A DNA stretch of 64,000 nucleotides from Abditibacterium sp. (GTDB lineage: Bacteria; Armatimonadota; Abditibacteriia; Abditibacteriales; Abditibacteriaceae). Shown one piece after another: positions 28,625 to 37,624 of this stretch. The notes below the pieces were generated by a model. It saw nothing but the letters and a program-made list of their open reading frames with translations. It did no database searches and was not told the DNA's origin. Position numbers and translations under genes: made by a program. The stretch lies in assembly GCA_965199495.1 (NCBI GenBank), contig CBDASK010000003.1, positions 1,920,001-1,984,000 on the forward strand. The letters run 5' to 3'. Numbering within the stretch: position 1 is the stretch's first letter; every line of letters begins with the position of its first letter.

Positions 28625-29692
28625 TCAACTCCAGATTTGCGATTGTGATTGCACCGTTTGTCCGCTTTCGACGGCTTGATTCATCAACAGCGAAAGATAG
28701 TGATCTTGCGACGCTTCGGCGAGCGAATAAAAATCCGGCCCGCCTTCGACGTATTCGCTCATTTTCTGCAAACAAGTCGCGACCGCGATTTCGTCGTCGC
28801 TCAGGCGGCCCGGCGCGAAGGGATTGCGATAAATCCATTCGTTGCCCAGAGTGATGCCTTCGTGGTGCAACGCGCGCAGATCGTCGTTGTGTCCGGCGTC
28901 GCGCCGCACCAACTCCATTTCGACGGGCGTGCGAAAATCCAGCAAAGTGCGCACTTTATCATCGGTAATTTCGCCACGTTCGCCGCGAACGAGCGTGCGC
29001 GACGCGCGAATCGAAGCGAAATACTGCGAACCGGTAAAATCGAAAATGCCCAGCCGGTCGCTCCAATCGAACTGCGCCAATGTCTGCGTCGAAGTGACGA
29101 TTTTTTCTTCGTCGGGCCAACCGTCGCGCCCCGCGCCCTGCACGATGGGCGACTCGAAATTGCGCGCGTTGATGGTGACGTTTTCAAAGTCAATGTCTAA
29201 ATAACGGCGCAGTAAATTGATGCCGTGGTAGCCGTGCGCGACCGAAACCTGCGCCTGCGAAACGCGGCCCAGCCGCCCGCTACGCGCGATGGCGATGCGC
29301 GCGGCGTGCAACGGGCGAAATTGAAGTTGTTCGGCGACCTGAATGCGCGTGCCTTTAGTCTGTTCAAAAAGCGCGCTCAATCCGGCCAAATCGGGCGCAG
29401 GCGGCGTTTCGGCCAAAACGGGCATTTTGCGCTCGCTCAGTTCGCGCAACAGCGGGGGCGAAGCCTTCCACGGCACCGACACCACGACGAACTGCGGGCG
29501 CTCCGTCAAAAGTTCGTCCAAATCGCAACAGGCGGGCAAATCCCACTGGCGCCGCAAGTTTTCGGCGGTGGAAGCGTCGCGCGACATCAATCCGGTCACG
29601 CGGAAAAATTCGGGCAACTCGCGCGCGATGCGCAAGAAAAATTCGGCGCGCCAGCCACTGGCGCCGACAATTGCAAATGTAATGGGTTTCAT
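28625..29692 (-). CDS. Gfo/Idh/MocA oxidoreductase
   Basis: FAIVGASGWRA, VLAETPPA, IQVAEQ. Confidence 0.82.
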   Translation of the reverse strand: MKPITFAIVGASGWRAEFFLRIARELPEFFRVTGLMSRDASTAENLRRQWDLPACCDLDELLTERPQFVVVSVPWKASPPLLRELSERKMPVLAETPPAPDLAGLSALFEQTKGTRIQVAEQLQFRPLHAARIAIARSGRLGRVSQAQVSVAHGYHGINLLRRYLDIDFENVTINARNFESPIVQGAGRDGWPDEEKIVTSTQTLAQFDWSDRLGIFDFTGSQYFASIRASRTLVRGERGEITDDKVRTLLDFRTPVEMELVRRDAGHNDDLRALHHEGITLGNEWIYRNPFAPGRLSDDEIAVATCLQKMSEYVEGGPDFYSLAEASQDHYLSLLMNQAVESGQTVQSQSQIWS

Positions 29693-29824
29693 CGCGCGTG
29701 CAGTTTACGCTTGCGACGCTCGCCGGTTGGTGGCGCAACGATTTCGGCGATTGGCTTCGCGCATTTTGCTATTTTTGAGGCCACCCATGACGCGACAAGG
29801 CGGTTTGCGCCAAACTTGCGATTA

Positions 29825-32800
29825 ATGGCTTCCCGTTTTCCGCTCCGCCGCGACGCGCGCACGCGCTACACGTTTGACGCACCGACCTTTTCCGAATTTG
29901 CCCACGCCCGCGAACTCTCCGCGAAAGTCAACGCGACGCGCGATTTGGAATCGCAACCGCACCGCGCCGTAAGGTCGGGCCGTCTGGCCGCCGCCGCGCT
30001 TTTAGACGAAATTTTCGCGCATGCCATCGCGCTCTATTGCGAAGAAATCGAGGGCGACGCGCTCGAAGAGGCGCCTTCGTTTCTCGAAGAAAACATCGGC
30101 GCGCGCGAAATCGCCGAATTATTGAGCGAATTGCACGCGCAATTCGATTTTTCCAAAGCGCGGCCCGACGCCATCGAATCGGGCGTGCGCTTGCGTTTGG
30201 CCAACCTCAATCCGGCGCTTTCGACGTTTGGCGAATTGTTCGACGACGCCGAATTGCCCGCGCCGTGGCTGTCCGCATGGACGGCCCTCGATTCTTATTT
30301 CGCCGCCCTGCCCGGCTTTGGGCCGGATGATTTGCCGCTATTGCAATTTTTGCTGGCACCGATTCTGGCGCATCCCGATTCGATTGATGAACAATTGAAG
30401 TTCATGTTAAAGCGTTGGGGCCGCATTGTCGAACCGTTCGCGGCGCGTTTGCTGACGCATTTGGACGTGATTCGCGAAGAAGAAAAGCCGACGTTTTTCG
30501 GCCCCGGCCCGGCGCATGTCGCCGATTATTCGCGCGGCGGCGGCAGCAATGTCGTTGGCATGGACGAACACGAAGCGTTTTCGCCCGATAGAGAATGGAT
30601 GCCGCGCGTGGTTTTGTTGGCGAAAAGCACTTACGTCTGGCTCGATCAACTCTCGAAAAAATACGAGCGCCACATTTACCGATTGGATCAAGTGCCCGAC
30701 GAAGAATTGGATGACTTGGCGAGTTATGGCATTACCGGTTTGTGGCTGATTGGTTTGTGGCAACGCTCCAAAGCCAGCCAAAACATCAAGCAAATCACCG
30801 GCAATCCCGACGCTTTGGCTTCAGCGTATTCGCTGTTTTCTTACGATGTCGCGTGGGAAATCGGCGGGCAAGAGGCGCTCGATAACCTCAGCGCGCGCGC
30901 CGGACAACGCGGCATTCGCATGGCTTCGGACATGGTGCCCAACCACATGGCGATTGATTCGCGCTGGGTCATCGAGCATCCCGATTGGTTTTTGAGTTTG
31001 CCGCACCAACCGTTTCCCAACGGCGATTTCGCCACGCCCGATTTGTGCGATGACGAGCGCGTCAGCGTTTATCTCGAAGCCGGATATTATTCTAAAACTG
31101 ATGCTTCGGTAGTTTTTAAACGCGTTGACAATTGGTCGGGCGATACACGTTTCATCTATCACGGCAACGACGGAACAGCTATTCCGTGGAACGATACGGC
31201 GCAACTCAATTATTTGATGCCCGAAGTGCGTGAAGCGGCGATTCAAACGATTATGCACGTCGCTCGGCAGTTCCCGATCATCCGTTTCGACGCGGCGATG
31301 ACGCTGGCGAAACGACATTTTCATCGGTTGTGGTTTCCCGCGCCCGGCGAGGGCGGCGATATTCCCTCGCGCGCCGGACGCGGTTTGAGCGGCGCGCAGT
31401 TCGACGCCGCGATGCCGGTCGAGTTTTGGCGCGAAGTCGTGGATTTGGTCGCGCGCGAATTGCCCGACACGCTGCTTTTGGCCGAAGCGTTTTGGATGAT
31501 GGAATCGTATTTCGTGCGCACGCTGGGCATGCACCGCGTTTATAATTCGGCGTTTATGCACATGCTGCGCGACGAAGATAATCAAGAGTATCGCCTGACT
31601 TTAAAGAATACTTTGGAGTTCGATCCCGATATTCTGGGGCGCTTCGTTAATTTCATGAACAACCCCGACGAAGAAACCGCCGTCGAGCAGTTCGGCAAAA
31701 GCGACAAATATTTCGGCGTCTGCACGTTGCTCGCGACTTTGCCGGGCTTGCCGATGTTTGGGCACGGCCAACTCGAAGGTTACGCCGAGAAATATGGCAT
31801 GGAATATCCGCGCGCTTATTGGGACGAAAAAGTGGACAAACCGTTTTTGGCGCATCACAAAACGGCGATTTTCCCCCTACTCAAAAGGCGCGCGTTGTTC
31901 GCGGGCAGCGCCAATTTCACGTTGTATGATTTTTGGGTGGACAATCACGTCAACGAGAACGTGTTCGCCTATTCCAACCGCGTCGGCGACGACCGGGCGC
32001 TGGTGATTTACAACAACAAATACGAGAAAACCAGCGGTTGGATCAAATCTTCGGTCGGGTTCGCCGAGAAATCGTCCGACGGCGACAAGACGATAAAACA
32101 GCGCACGCTGGGCGAGTCGTTGAGCCTGACGCCGACCAATCAACATTGGACGATTTTTCGCGATAACACGAGCAAAATGGAGTTCATTCGCTCGTCGAAA
32201 GAGCTGGTCGAAAAAGGCATGTTCGTCGAATTGAACGAATACGGTTGCCAAGTTTTTCTGGATTTTCGCGAAGTCAAAGACGAAAGCGGATTATATGCGC
32301 GCTTGGCCAATTTGCTGGCGGGCGAGGGCACGCCAAGCGTAAATCGCGCGCTCAAAGAGATGTTGCTCGAATCGGTTTTGGTGCCATTTCGCAAACTCTG
32401 CGACGCCGATTTGTGGGCGCAAGTGTTGGGAATCGCACCCAAAACGGCGGAAGTTGAAGCGCCCAAACTTGTGGCGAATTCGGCCAAGACGCCCGCCGTG
32501 GCTGCTGTTGTCGAAGTGCCAAAAGTTGTAGCCGTTAAACCCGATGCGGCGGCGCTCGAAACGCTCGAAGAACGCTGGCTCAAAGCCGCGCGCGCCATCA
32601 AACGCTTCGTGAAATCGGACGTGGACGAAGCGCAGTTACTCATTCAATTGCGCTCGCGTTTGGAACGCGCCATCGCGTCAAAAGCGCCCGATGCAACGCG
32701 CGCACAGTTGTTGTCTTATGCTCTGGTCGCCGATTTGGGCGCGTTAAACGCGGGTGAAGGCGCGAAGACGCAAAGCCGCCAATGGTTCGACGATTGGCTC

Positions 32801-33199
32801 TTGGGCGAATCGCTTGCCGTGCCATTGGAACAATTGGGCGCCGAAGCGGAGGCCGTTGTCGAAATCGGTTGGTGGCTGGCGCATCTACACAAAGCCGAGC
32901 CGTTCGCACTGTTGTTGCAGTTATTGGCGGACGAAAGCGCCAAAGCGCAATTGGGCGTCAACCGCTTCGAGGGCACGTTGTGGTTTAATGCCGAAGGCTG
33001 GCAAACATTGCGCGAGGCGTTGCAACGCGGTGCCGAATTCGAGAGCATTAAGTTGCCGTTGAAGGAGTTGGACGATGCAGCCACGGCGAGTGGCTATCGC
33101 GTCGTCGCGTGGATGGAAGCGGCGCGTGGAACCGAGGAAGTCGCGGAAGTTGTGGCGCCGAAGCCGCAATCGGCGCGCAAAAAGGCACCGCAAAAGTAA
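29825..33199 (+). CDS. Large GH13 alpha-amylase-family protein
   Basis: ~1124 aa from MASRFP; DMVPNH, IRFDAAM, LAEAFW, NNPDE catalytic regions. Confidence 0.88.
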   Translation: MASRFPLRRDARTRYTFDAPTFSEFAHARELSAKVNATRDLESQPHRAVRSGRLAAAALLDEIFAHAIALYCEEIEGDALEEAPSFLEENIGAREIAELLSELHAQFDFSKARPDAIESGVRLRLANLNPALSTFGELFDDAELPAPWLSAWTALDSYFAALPGFGPDDLPLLQFLLAPILAHPDSIDEQLKFMLKRWGRIVEPFAARLLTHLDVIREEEKPTFFGPGPAHVADYSRGGGSNVVGMDEHEAFSPDREWMPRVVLLAKSTYVWLDQLSKKYERHIYRLDQVPDEELDDLASYGITGLWLIGLWQRSKASQNIKQITGNPDALASAYSLFSYDVAWEIGGQEALDNLSARAGQRGIRMASDMVPNHMAIDSRWVIEHPDWFLSLPHQPFPNGDFATPDLCDDERVSVYLEAGYYSKTDASVVFKRVDNWSGDTRFIYHGNDGTAIPWNDTAQLNYLMPEVREAAIQTIMHVARQFPIIRFDAAMTLAKRHFHRLWFPAPGEGGDIPSRAGRGLSGAQFDAAMPVEFWREVVDLVARELPDTLLLAEAFWMMESYFVRTLGMHRVYNSAFMHMLRDEDNQEYRLTLKNTLEFDPDILGRFVNFMNNPDEETAVEQFGKSDKYFGVCTLLATLPGLPMFGHGQLEGYAEKYGMEYPRAYWDEKVDKPFLAHHKTAIFPLLKRRALFAGSANFTLYDFWVDNHVNENVFAYSNRVGDDRALVIYNNKYEKTSGWIKSSVGFAEKSSDGDKTIKQRTLGESLSLTPTNQHWTIFRDNTSKMEFIRSSKELVEKGMFVELNEYGCQVFLDFREVKDESGLYARLANLLAGEGTPSVNRALKEMLLESVLVPFRKLCDADLWAQVLGIAPKTAEVEAPKLVANSAKTPAVAAVVEVPKVVAVKPDAAALETLEERWLKAARAIKRFVKSDVDEAQLLIQLRSRLERAIASKAPDATRAQLLSYALVADLGALNAGEGAKTQSRQWFDDWLLGESLAVPLEQLGAEAEAVVEIGWWLAHLHKAEPFALLLQLLADESAKAQLGVNRFEGTLWFNAEGWQTLREALQRGAEFESIKLPLKELDDAATASGYRVVAWMEAARGTEEVAEVVAPKPQSARKKAPQK

Positions 33200-33229
33200 G
33201 CGCGCAAAGTACGGATGGGAGTGTCAACT

Positions 33230-34150
33230 ATGTTTTTCACTGGATTCGCTGACGAAGCGGGCGCGGATTTGTCGGTTCAAATCGCTGCCACGAAAGCTCT
33301 GGGCTGGCGCCACATCGAAATGCGCAACGTTCGCGTTGAAGGCGCGACCAACGCGAATTTCGTGGAAGGCGCACGAAGTGCCGTTGCGGGCGGCAATGTT
33401 TGCGATATTCCCGACGCGGCCTTCGAGCTTTTGGTCGCCGCGTTGGACGAAGCGGAGGTGCGAATCAATTGTTTCGGCTCGGCGCTGGCCAATGGCAGCA
33501 AAAGCGTCGAGGCGCCCTTTGACGACGAATGGCAAGAAGCCAAACGCGCCGCGCGCCGCATGGAGCGTTTGGGCACTCGATTAATTCGCGTGATGAGTTA
33601 TCGCGCCCTGCCCGGCGCCGACCAAATGGCCGACGAGCGGTTTCGGCGTCTACGCGAGATGAACCAATTGTTCGCGGATGCGGGCGCGCAAATGGTTCAC
33701 GAAAATTGCGCGGGATATGGTGGCAACAGCGCGCAGCATACGCTCGAAATGCTGGATGCGGTGCCGGGATTAAAACTCGTTTTCGATACCGGCAATCCCA
33801 CGCGCGAAGCCGATCTGTCAAAACCGCCCGACGAAACGGGCGCTCGCCCGCGCCAATCGTCGTGGGATTTTTATGCGCAGGTCAAAGCGCACATCGCCTA
33901 CGTTCACCTCAAAGACGGCATTTACGACGAAACCACCAAAACGCATCGCTGGGTCATGGCGGGCGACGGGCAAGGCGATGTGCGCCGCATTTTGGCCGAC
34001 TTGCTGGCCAACGGCTACGACGGCGGTTTGTCTATCGAGCCGCATTTACCCGCCGAACGGTTGCCCGAATTGGAACCGTCGAAAGCGCGCGTGCAGAACT
34101 ATTTGGATTTCGGGCGGCGCGCGATGCAGTTGGTTGACGAACTCAATTGA
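33230..34150 (+). CDS. Sugar phosphate isomerase/epimerase (TIM barrel)
   Basis: TGFADE, VHEN, FDTGN, YVHLKD, GGLSIEPH; alternative start at 33215. Confidence 0.85.
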   Translation: MFFTGFADEAGADLSVQIAATKALGWRHIEMRNVRVEGATNANFVEGARSAVAGGNVCDIPDAAFELLVAALDEAEVRINCFGSALANGSKSVEAPFDDEWQEAKRAARRMERLGTRLIRVMSYRALPGADQMADERFRRLREMNQLFADAGAQMVHENCAGYGGNSAQHTLEMLDAVPGLKLVFDTGNPTREADLSKPPDETGARPRQSSWDFYAQVKAHIAYVHLKDGIYDETTKTHRWVMAGDGQGDVRRILADLLANGYDGGLSIEPHLPAERLPELEPSKARVQNYLDFGRRAMQLVDELN

Positions 34151-34229
34151 CAGAACTGCCAACGTGCCGCAATTTTTTGACGGCAATTCATAGCATTGTT
34201 CGAAGTCCTGTTGGCCTTTTGAAACGTAG

Positions 34230-35867
34230 ATGTTACACTGGGCGCCCTTGAATCGCGCCCGCGCTTTTGCGCCGAAATTCGCGGTTCGGAGTTTCCCCCT
34301 TTTGAAGTCAAAAACCCCTGTTTCCGCGCGTCTCAAAACCGAATGGTTGGCCAATCCCGGCGTCAATCTCATCTCCGGTTTGCTGGTCGCGCTCGCGCTC
34401 ATTCCCGAAGCCATCGGCTTCTCGATTGTGTGCGGGCTTGATCCCAAATACGGTTTATACGCCTCGTTCATTATCGCCGTCACGATTTCGATTGCTGGCG
34501 GGCGCATGGGCATGATCTCGGCAGCCACGGGCGCCGTGGCTCTGGCCCTCGTGCCGTTGTTGCGCCCGGATTTGGGCGCGCCCTCGCCCGAAAACATCAA
34601 TTTGATGTTCGCCGCCGCGATTATCGCGGGCCTGTTTCAGATTTTGTTCGGCTGGCGCAAGCTGGGACGCTATATGAAATACGTGCCCAAACCGGTCATG
34701 GTCGGCTTTGTCAACGCGCTCGCGATTTTGATTTTCATGGCGCAGTGGCCACAATTTCATGGCGCCAACTGGACGATGTATGCCTTCATTGCCGCCGGAC
34801 TCGCGATTATTTATGGTTTGCCCGCCTTGTTGAATCTGCTGCCCGAAGGGCCGGGCCAAAGTTTGGGCCTCATTCCCTCGCCCTTAATTGCTATTATCGT
34901 ATTGACGATGTCGGCGCATTATTCGGGCATCATCGGCATCAAAACGGTCGGCGATATGGGCGAATTTCCCTCCTCGCTGCCCCATTTGAACTTTTTCACG
35001 ATTCCGATTAACACGACGACGCTCGCGATCATTATTCCGCTTGGTCTAACAATCGCGATGATCGGCCTTATTGAATCGCTTTTAACCGCGCAATTGTTGG
35101 ACGAAAAAACCGACACGCCGAGCGACAAAAGTCGCGAATCGAAAGGTCAGGGCATCGCCAATATCCTATCGAGCCTATTTGGCGGAATGCCCGGTTGCGC
35201 GATGATCGGCCAATCCATGATCAACTTCGCGGGCGGCGGGCGCACGCGACTTTCCACGTTTTCGGCGGGCGTTTTTCTGCTGATTTTGATTGTCGCGCTG
35301 GGGCCATACGTCAAAATGATGCCGATGGGCGCTCTGGTTGCCGTGATGATTATGGTCTCGGTTTCGACGTTCGATTGGAAATCGTTGTCCAGTCTCAAAG
35401 AGCAGCCACGCGGCGAAGCCATCGTGATGTTGGCGACTGTTGGCACCACAGTTTTGACCCACGATTTATCGCGCGGCGTCCTCGTCGGCGTGGTTTTGTC
35501 GGCTTTATTTTTCCTGCGCCGCATCTCTAAGATGATGGACATCGAGAGTTTTTGGGACGGCGAAACGCGCACGATTACGCACGCGATTCACGGCCAAATG
35601 TTCTTCGCTTCGACGACGGCGTTTTTGGAACTGATTGACGATACCAACGCCGATTACGAAGCCGCCGAGCGTTTCGTGTTAGATTTTCGCGGCTCGCACG
35701 TTTGGGACGGCTCCGCCGTGGCTGCTGTTGATAAAGTTGTCTTGCGCGAACGCAATCGCGGTTTGGAAGTCGAAGTCATCGGTTTGAACGAAGCGAGCGA
35801 AGGTATTGTGGATAAGTTGGCCGTGCATCGCAGCGATGACGCGCCGCAAAGCCTAAGCGCGCATTGA
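34230..35867 (+). CDS. SulP-family anion transporter with STAS domain
   Basis: ALIPEAIGF, GGRMGMISAATGA, GGMPGCAMIGQS, GQMFFAS; true start may be the TTG at 34302. Confidence 0.92.
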   Translation: MLHWAPLNRARAFAPKFAVRSFPLLKSKTPVSARLKTEWLANPGVNLISGLLVALALIPEAIGFSIVCGLDPKYGLYASFIIAVTISIAGGRMGMISAATGAVALALVPLLRPDLGAPSPENINLMFAAAIIAGLFQILFGWRKLGRYMKYVPKPVMVGFVNALAILIFMAQWPQFHGANWTMYAFIAAGLAIIYGLPALLNLLPEGPGQSLGLIPSPLIAIIVLTMSAHYSGIIGIKTVGDMGEFPSSLPHLNFFTIPINTTTLAIIIPLGLTIAMIGLIESLLTAQLLDEKTDTPSDKSRESKGQGIANILSSLFGGMPGCAMIGQSMINFAGGGRTRLSTFSAGVFLLILIVALGPYVKMMPMGALVAVMIMVSVSTFDWKSLSSLKEQPRGEAIVMLATVGTTVLTHDLSRGVLVGVVLSALFFLRRISKMMDIESFWDGETRTITHAIHGQMFFASTTAFLELIDDTNADYEAAERFVLDFRGSHVWDGSAVAAVDKVVLRERNRGLEVEVIGLNEASEGIVDKLAVHRSDDAPQSLSAH

Positions 35868-35875
35868 TGTTTTAA

Positions 35876-36010
35876 GCCACAAAGTTCACGGAGAACGCAC
35901 AAAGGACACGAAGACAAGAAACTAATTTATAAAATCGAGAATATGAAATAGAGTTCTTTTATTTGATAATTTCTATTGCTTTCTTTGTGTTCCTTTGTGT
36001 TCTTTGTGGC
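35876..36010. repeat. Imperfect palindrome of CACAAAG-type repeats with an AT-rich spacer
   Basis: GCCACAAAGTTCACGGAGAACGCACAAAG...CTTTGTGTTCCTTTGTGTTCTTTGTGGC; related element at 62428-62555. Confidence 0.7.
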
Positions 36011-36084
36011 CAATTTGAACCTTGATTTGCAGCAACAAGCCGACGGGTGAAAGCGAATCGAAACTTCTGCGTCCACCGGACGCG

Positions 36085-36456
36085 ATGACAAAAACTTCTC
36101 TGAAACTGACGGCGATTTTCGCATTAAGCGGCGCCCTTGCCGTCGCGCCTCATAGCGAGGCCAAACCGAAAAAGCATCAAAAAGCCAAGCATTCCTCGAA
36201 GCGCACCGTGCGCGGGCGCGCTTCTTACCACCAACATACATCGAGCATGGTGACGGCGGCGCGCGTGCCGCGTGGCTCGAAATTGTGGGTCTGGCACGCC
36301 AGCAAACCCGAAGCGAGCGGTTTCGCTGTCACCGTCAACGATGCTGGCCCTTACACGCCCGGTCGCGTTTTGGATTTATCAACCGGCGCGTTCAAACGTC
36401 TCTACGGCGGCCTCAATCGCGGCGTCGGCCCGGTCTGCTACCGCGTCCTCAGCTAA
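36085..36456 (+). CDS. RlpA-like double-psi beta-barrel protein
   Basis: Signal peptide; GRASYH, VTVNDAGPY..GRVLDLSTGAF. Confidence 0.8.
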   Translation: MTKTSLKLTAIFALSGALAVAPHSEAKPKKHQKAKHSSKRTVRGRASYHQHTSSMVTAARVPRGSKLWVWHASKPEASGFAVTVNDAGPYTPGRVLDLSTGAFKRLYGGLNRGVGPVCYRVLS

Positions 36457-36458
36457 TT

Positions 36459-37403
36459 TTAATAGCCCGCGTCGGCATCCACCAAGTTATGCAGAGGTTT
36501 GTCGGCAATGAACCGCTGCAAATTATCCAGAAATATTTCATTCGCGCGCGCCGTATAATCGGGATGATTGCCGCTGAAATGCGGCGTAATCACGACATTC
36601 TCCATTGTCCACAACGGATGATCGGCGGGCAATGGTTCGGGATCGGTCACATCCAACAGCGCCGCGCGGGCTTTGCCGCTTTGCAACCACGCCATCAACG
36701 CGCCGGTATCAATGGTTTCGCCGCGTCCGGTGTTAATCACAATCGCGCCATCGGGCAAAGCCTCGAACTCGGCGTGGCTCATAAAACCGCGTGTATCGTC
36801 GGTGAGCGGCAAAGTATTCATCACGACATCGCACTGCGCGAAAAACTCGATTTTCTGGTCGGGCGTCCACATTTGCTCGACATCATCAACCGGTTCGCCG
36901 CCCTTGCGCAAACCGATGACGCGCATATCAAACGCCTTTCCAACGTGCGCCGCGTGCGCGCCGATGGCGCCGACGCCCAAAACGCCCAGCGTTTTGTCGG
37001 CGATGCGCTGCACGCGCGGGCCATAATCGAAGCCACGCCAATCGCGTTTGGGTTGCTCGCGTAGAGCCACGTCGAGGGCGCGCGTGTTCATTAGCAGCAT
37101 ACCAAACATCTGCTCGGTAATCGGCTGCGCGTGAATGCCGCTGGTCGTGGTGACTTGAACGCCACGTTTTGCGAGTTCTTGAATGGGCCAACGATTGACG
37201 CCCGCGCTGAACAATTGCAGCCAGCGCAAATTTTCAGCGCGCCCAATTTCGTCGGGCTTGACGCTTTCGTAAATGATGTGAGCGCGCTTCAACGCGCTTT
37301 CGTCGTCGGGCGAAACGATTTCGCAATCGGGCGCGATTTCGCCGATGCGAGCGTGCAAATTTTCGTCTTTGTTGCCAACGAGCAACACTAAATTTTCGTT
37401 CAT
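36459..37403 (-). CDS. D-2-hydroxyacid dehydrogenase
   Basis: GVGAIG, LPLTDDT, INTGRG, DVTDPEPLP, ITPH. Confidence 0.92.
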   Translation of the reverse strand: MNENLVLLVGNKDENLHARIGEIAPDCEIVSPDDESALKRAHIIYESVKPDEIGRAENLRWLQLFSAGVNRWPIQELAKRGVQVTTTSGIHAQPITEQMFGMLLMNTRALDVALREQPKRDWRGFDYGPRVQRIADKTLGVLGVGAIGAHAAHVGKAFDMRVIGLRKGGEPVDDVEQMWTPDQKIEFFAQCDVVMNTLPLTDDTRGFMSHAEFEALPDGAIVINTGRGETIDTGALMAWLQSGKARAALLDVTDPEPLPADHPLWTMENVVITPHFSGNHPDYTARANEIFLDNLQRFIADKPLHNLVDADAGY

Positions 37404-37436
37404 CGCGCGCATTGGAGCGGATAGCACGCCAAACGC

Positions 37437-37473
37437 AAAAAACCGGATTCATCGTAAGAATGAATCCGGTTTT
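37437..37473 (-). terminator. Terminator downstream of tRNA-Ala
   Basis: AAAACCGGATTCAT...ATGAATCCGGTTTT. Confidence 0.7.
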
Positions 37474-37479
37474 AAATTA

Positions 37480-37552
37480 TGGAGCTTAGCGGAATCGAAC
37501 CGCTGACCTCCTGCTTGCAAAGCAGGCGCTCTCCCAATTGAGCTAAAGCCCC
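37480..37552 (-). tRNA. tRNA-Ala (anticodon TGC), CCA not encoded
   Basis: GGGGCTTTAGCTCAATTGGGAGAGCGCCTGCTTTGCAAGCAGGAGGTCAGCGGTTCGATTCCGCTAAGCTCCA folds as a cloverleaf with G3:U70. Confidence 0.97.
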
Positions 37553-37565
37553 AAAAGACGCTAAC

Positions 37566-37595
37566 ATTATACCGCAAAACGCCCAGTCGCGACAA
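37566..37595 (-). promoter_or_regulatory. Sigma70-type promoter of tRNA-Ala
   Basis: TTGTCG-N18-TATAAT on the minus strand, 13 nt upstream of the tRNA. Confidence 0.65.
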
Positions 37596-37624
37596 CTCGC
37601 CAAACTGTATCTCAAATAAATTTT

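Noticed and set aside
29225..29824. 200-aa N-terminal extension of the GH13 ORF
   Set aside because: It overlaps the divergent oxidoreductase gene; the ATG at 29825 is more plausible
36011..36084. Possible cyclic-dinucleotide riboswitch upstream of the RlpA-like gene
   Set aside because: No recognisable ydaO or GEMM consensus
37480..37552. tRNA-Ala as an integration site
   Set aside because: No integrase and no duplicated tRNA 3' end seen in the window
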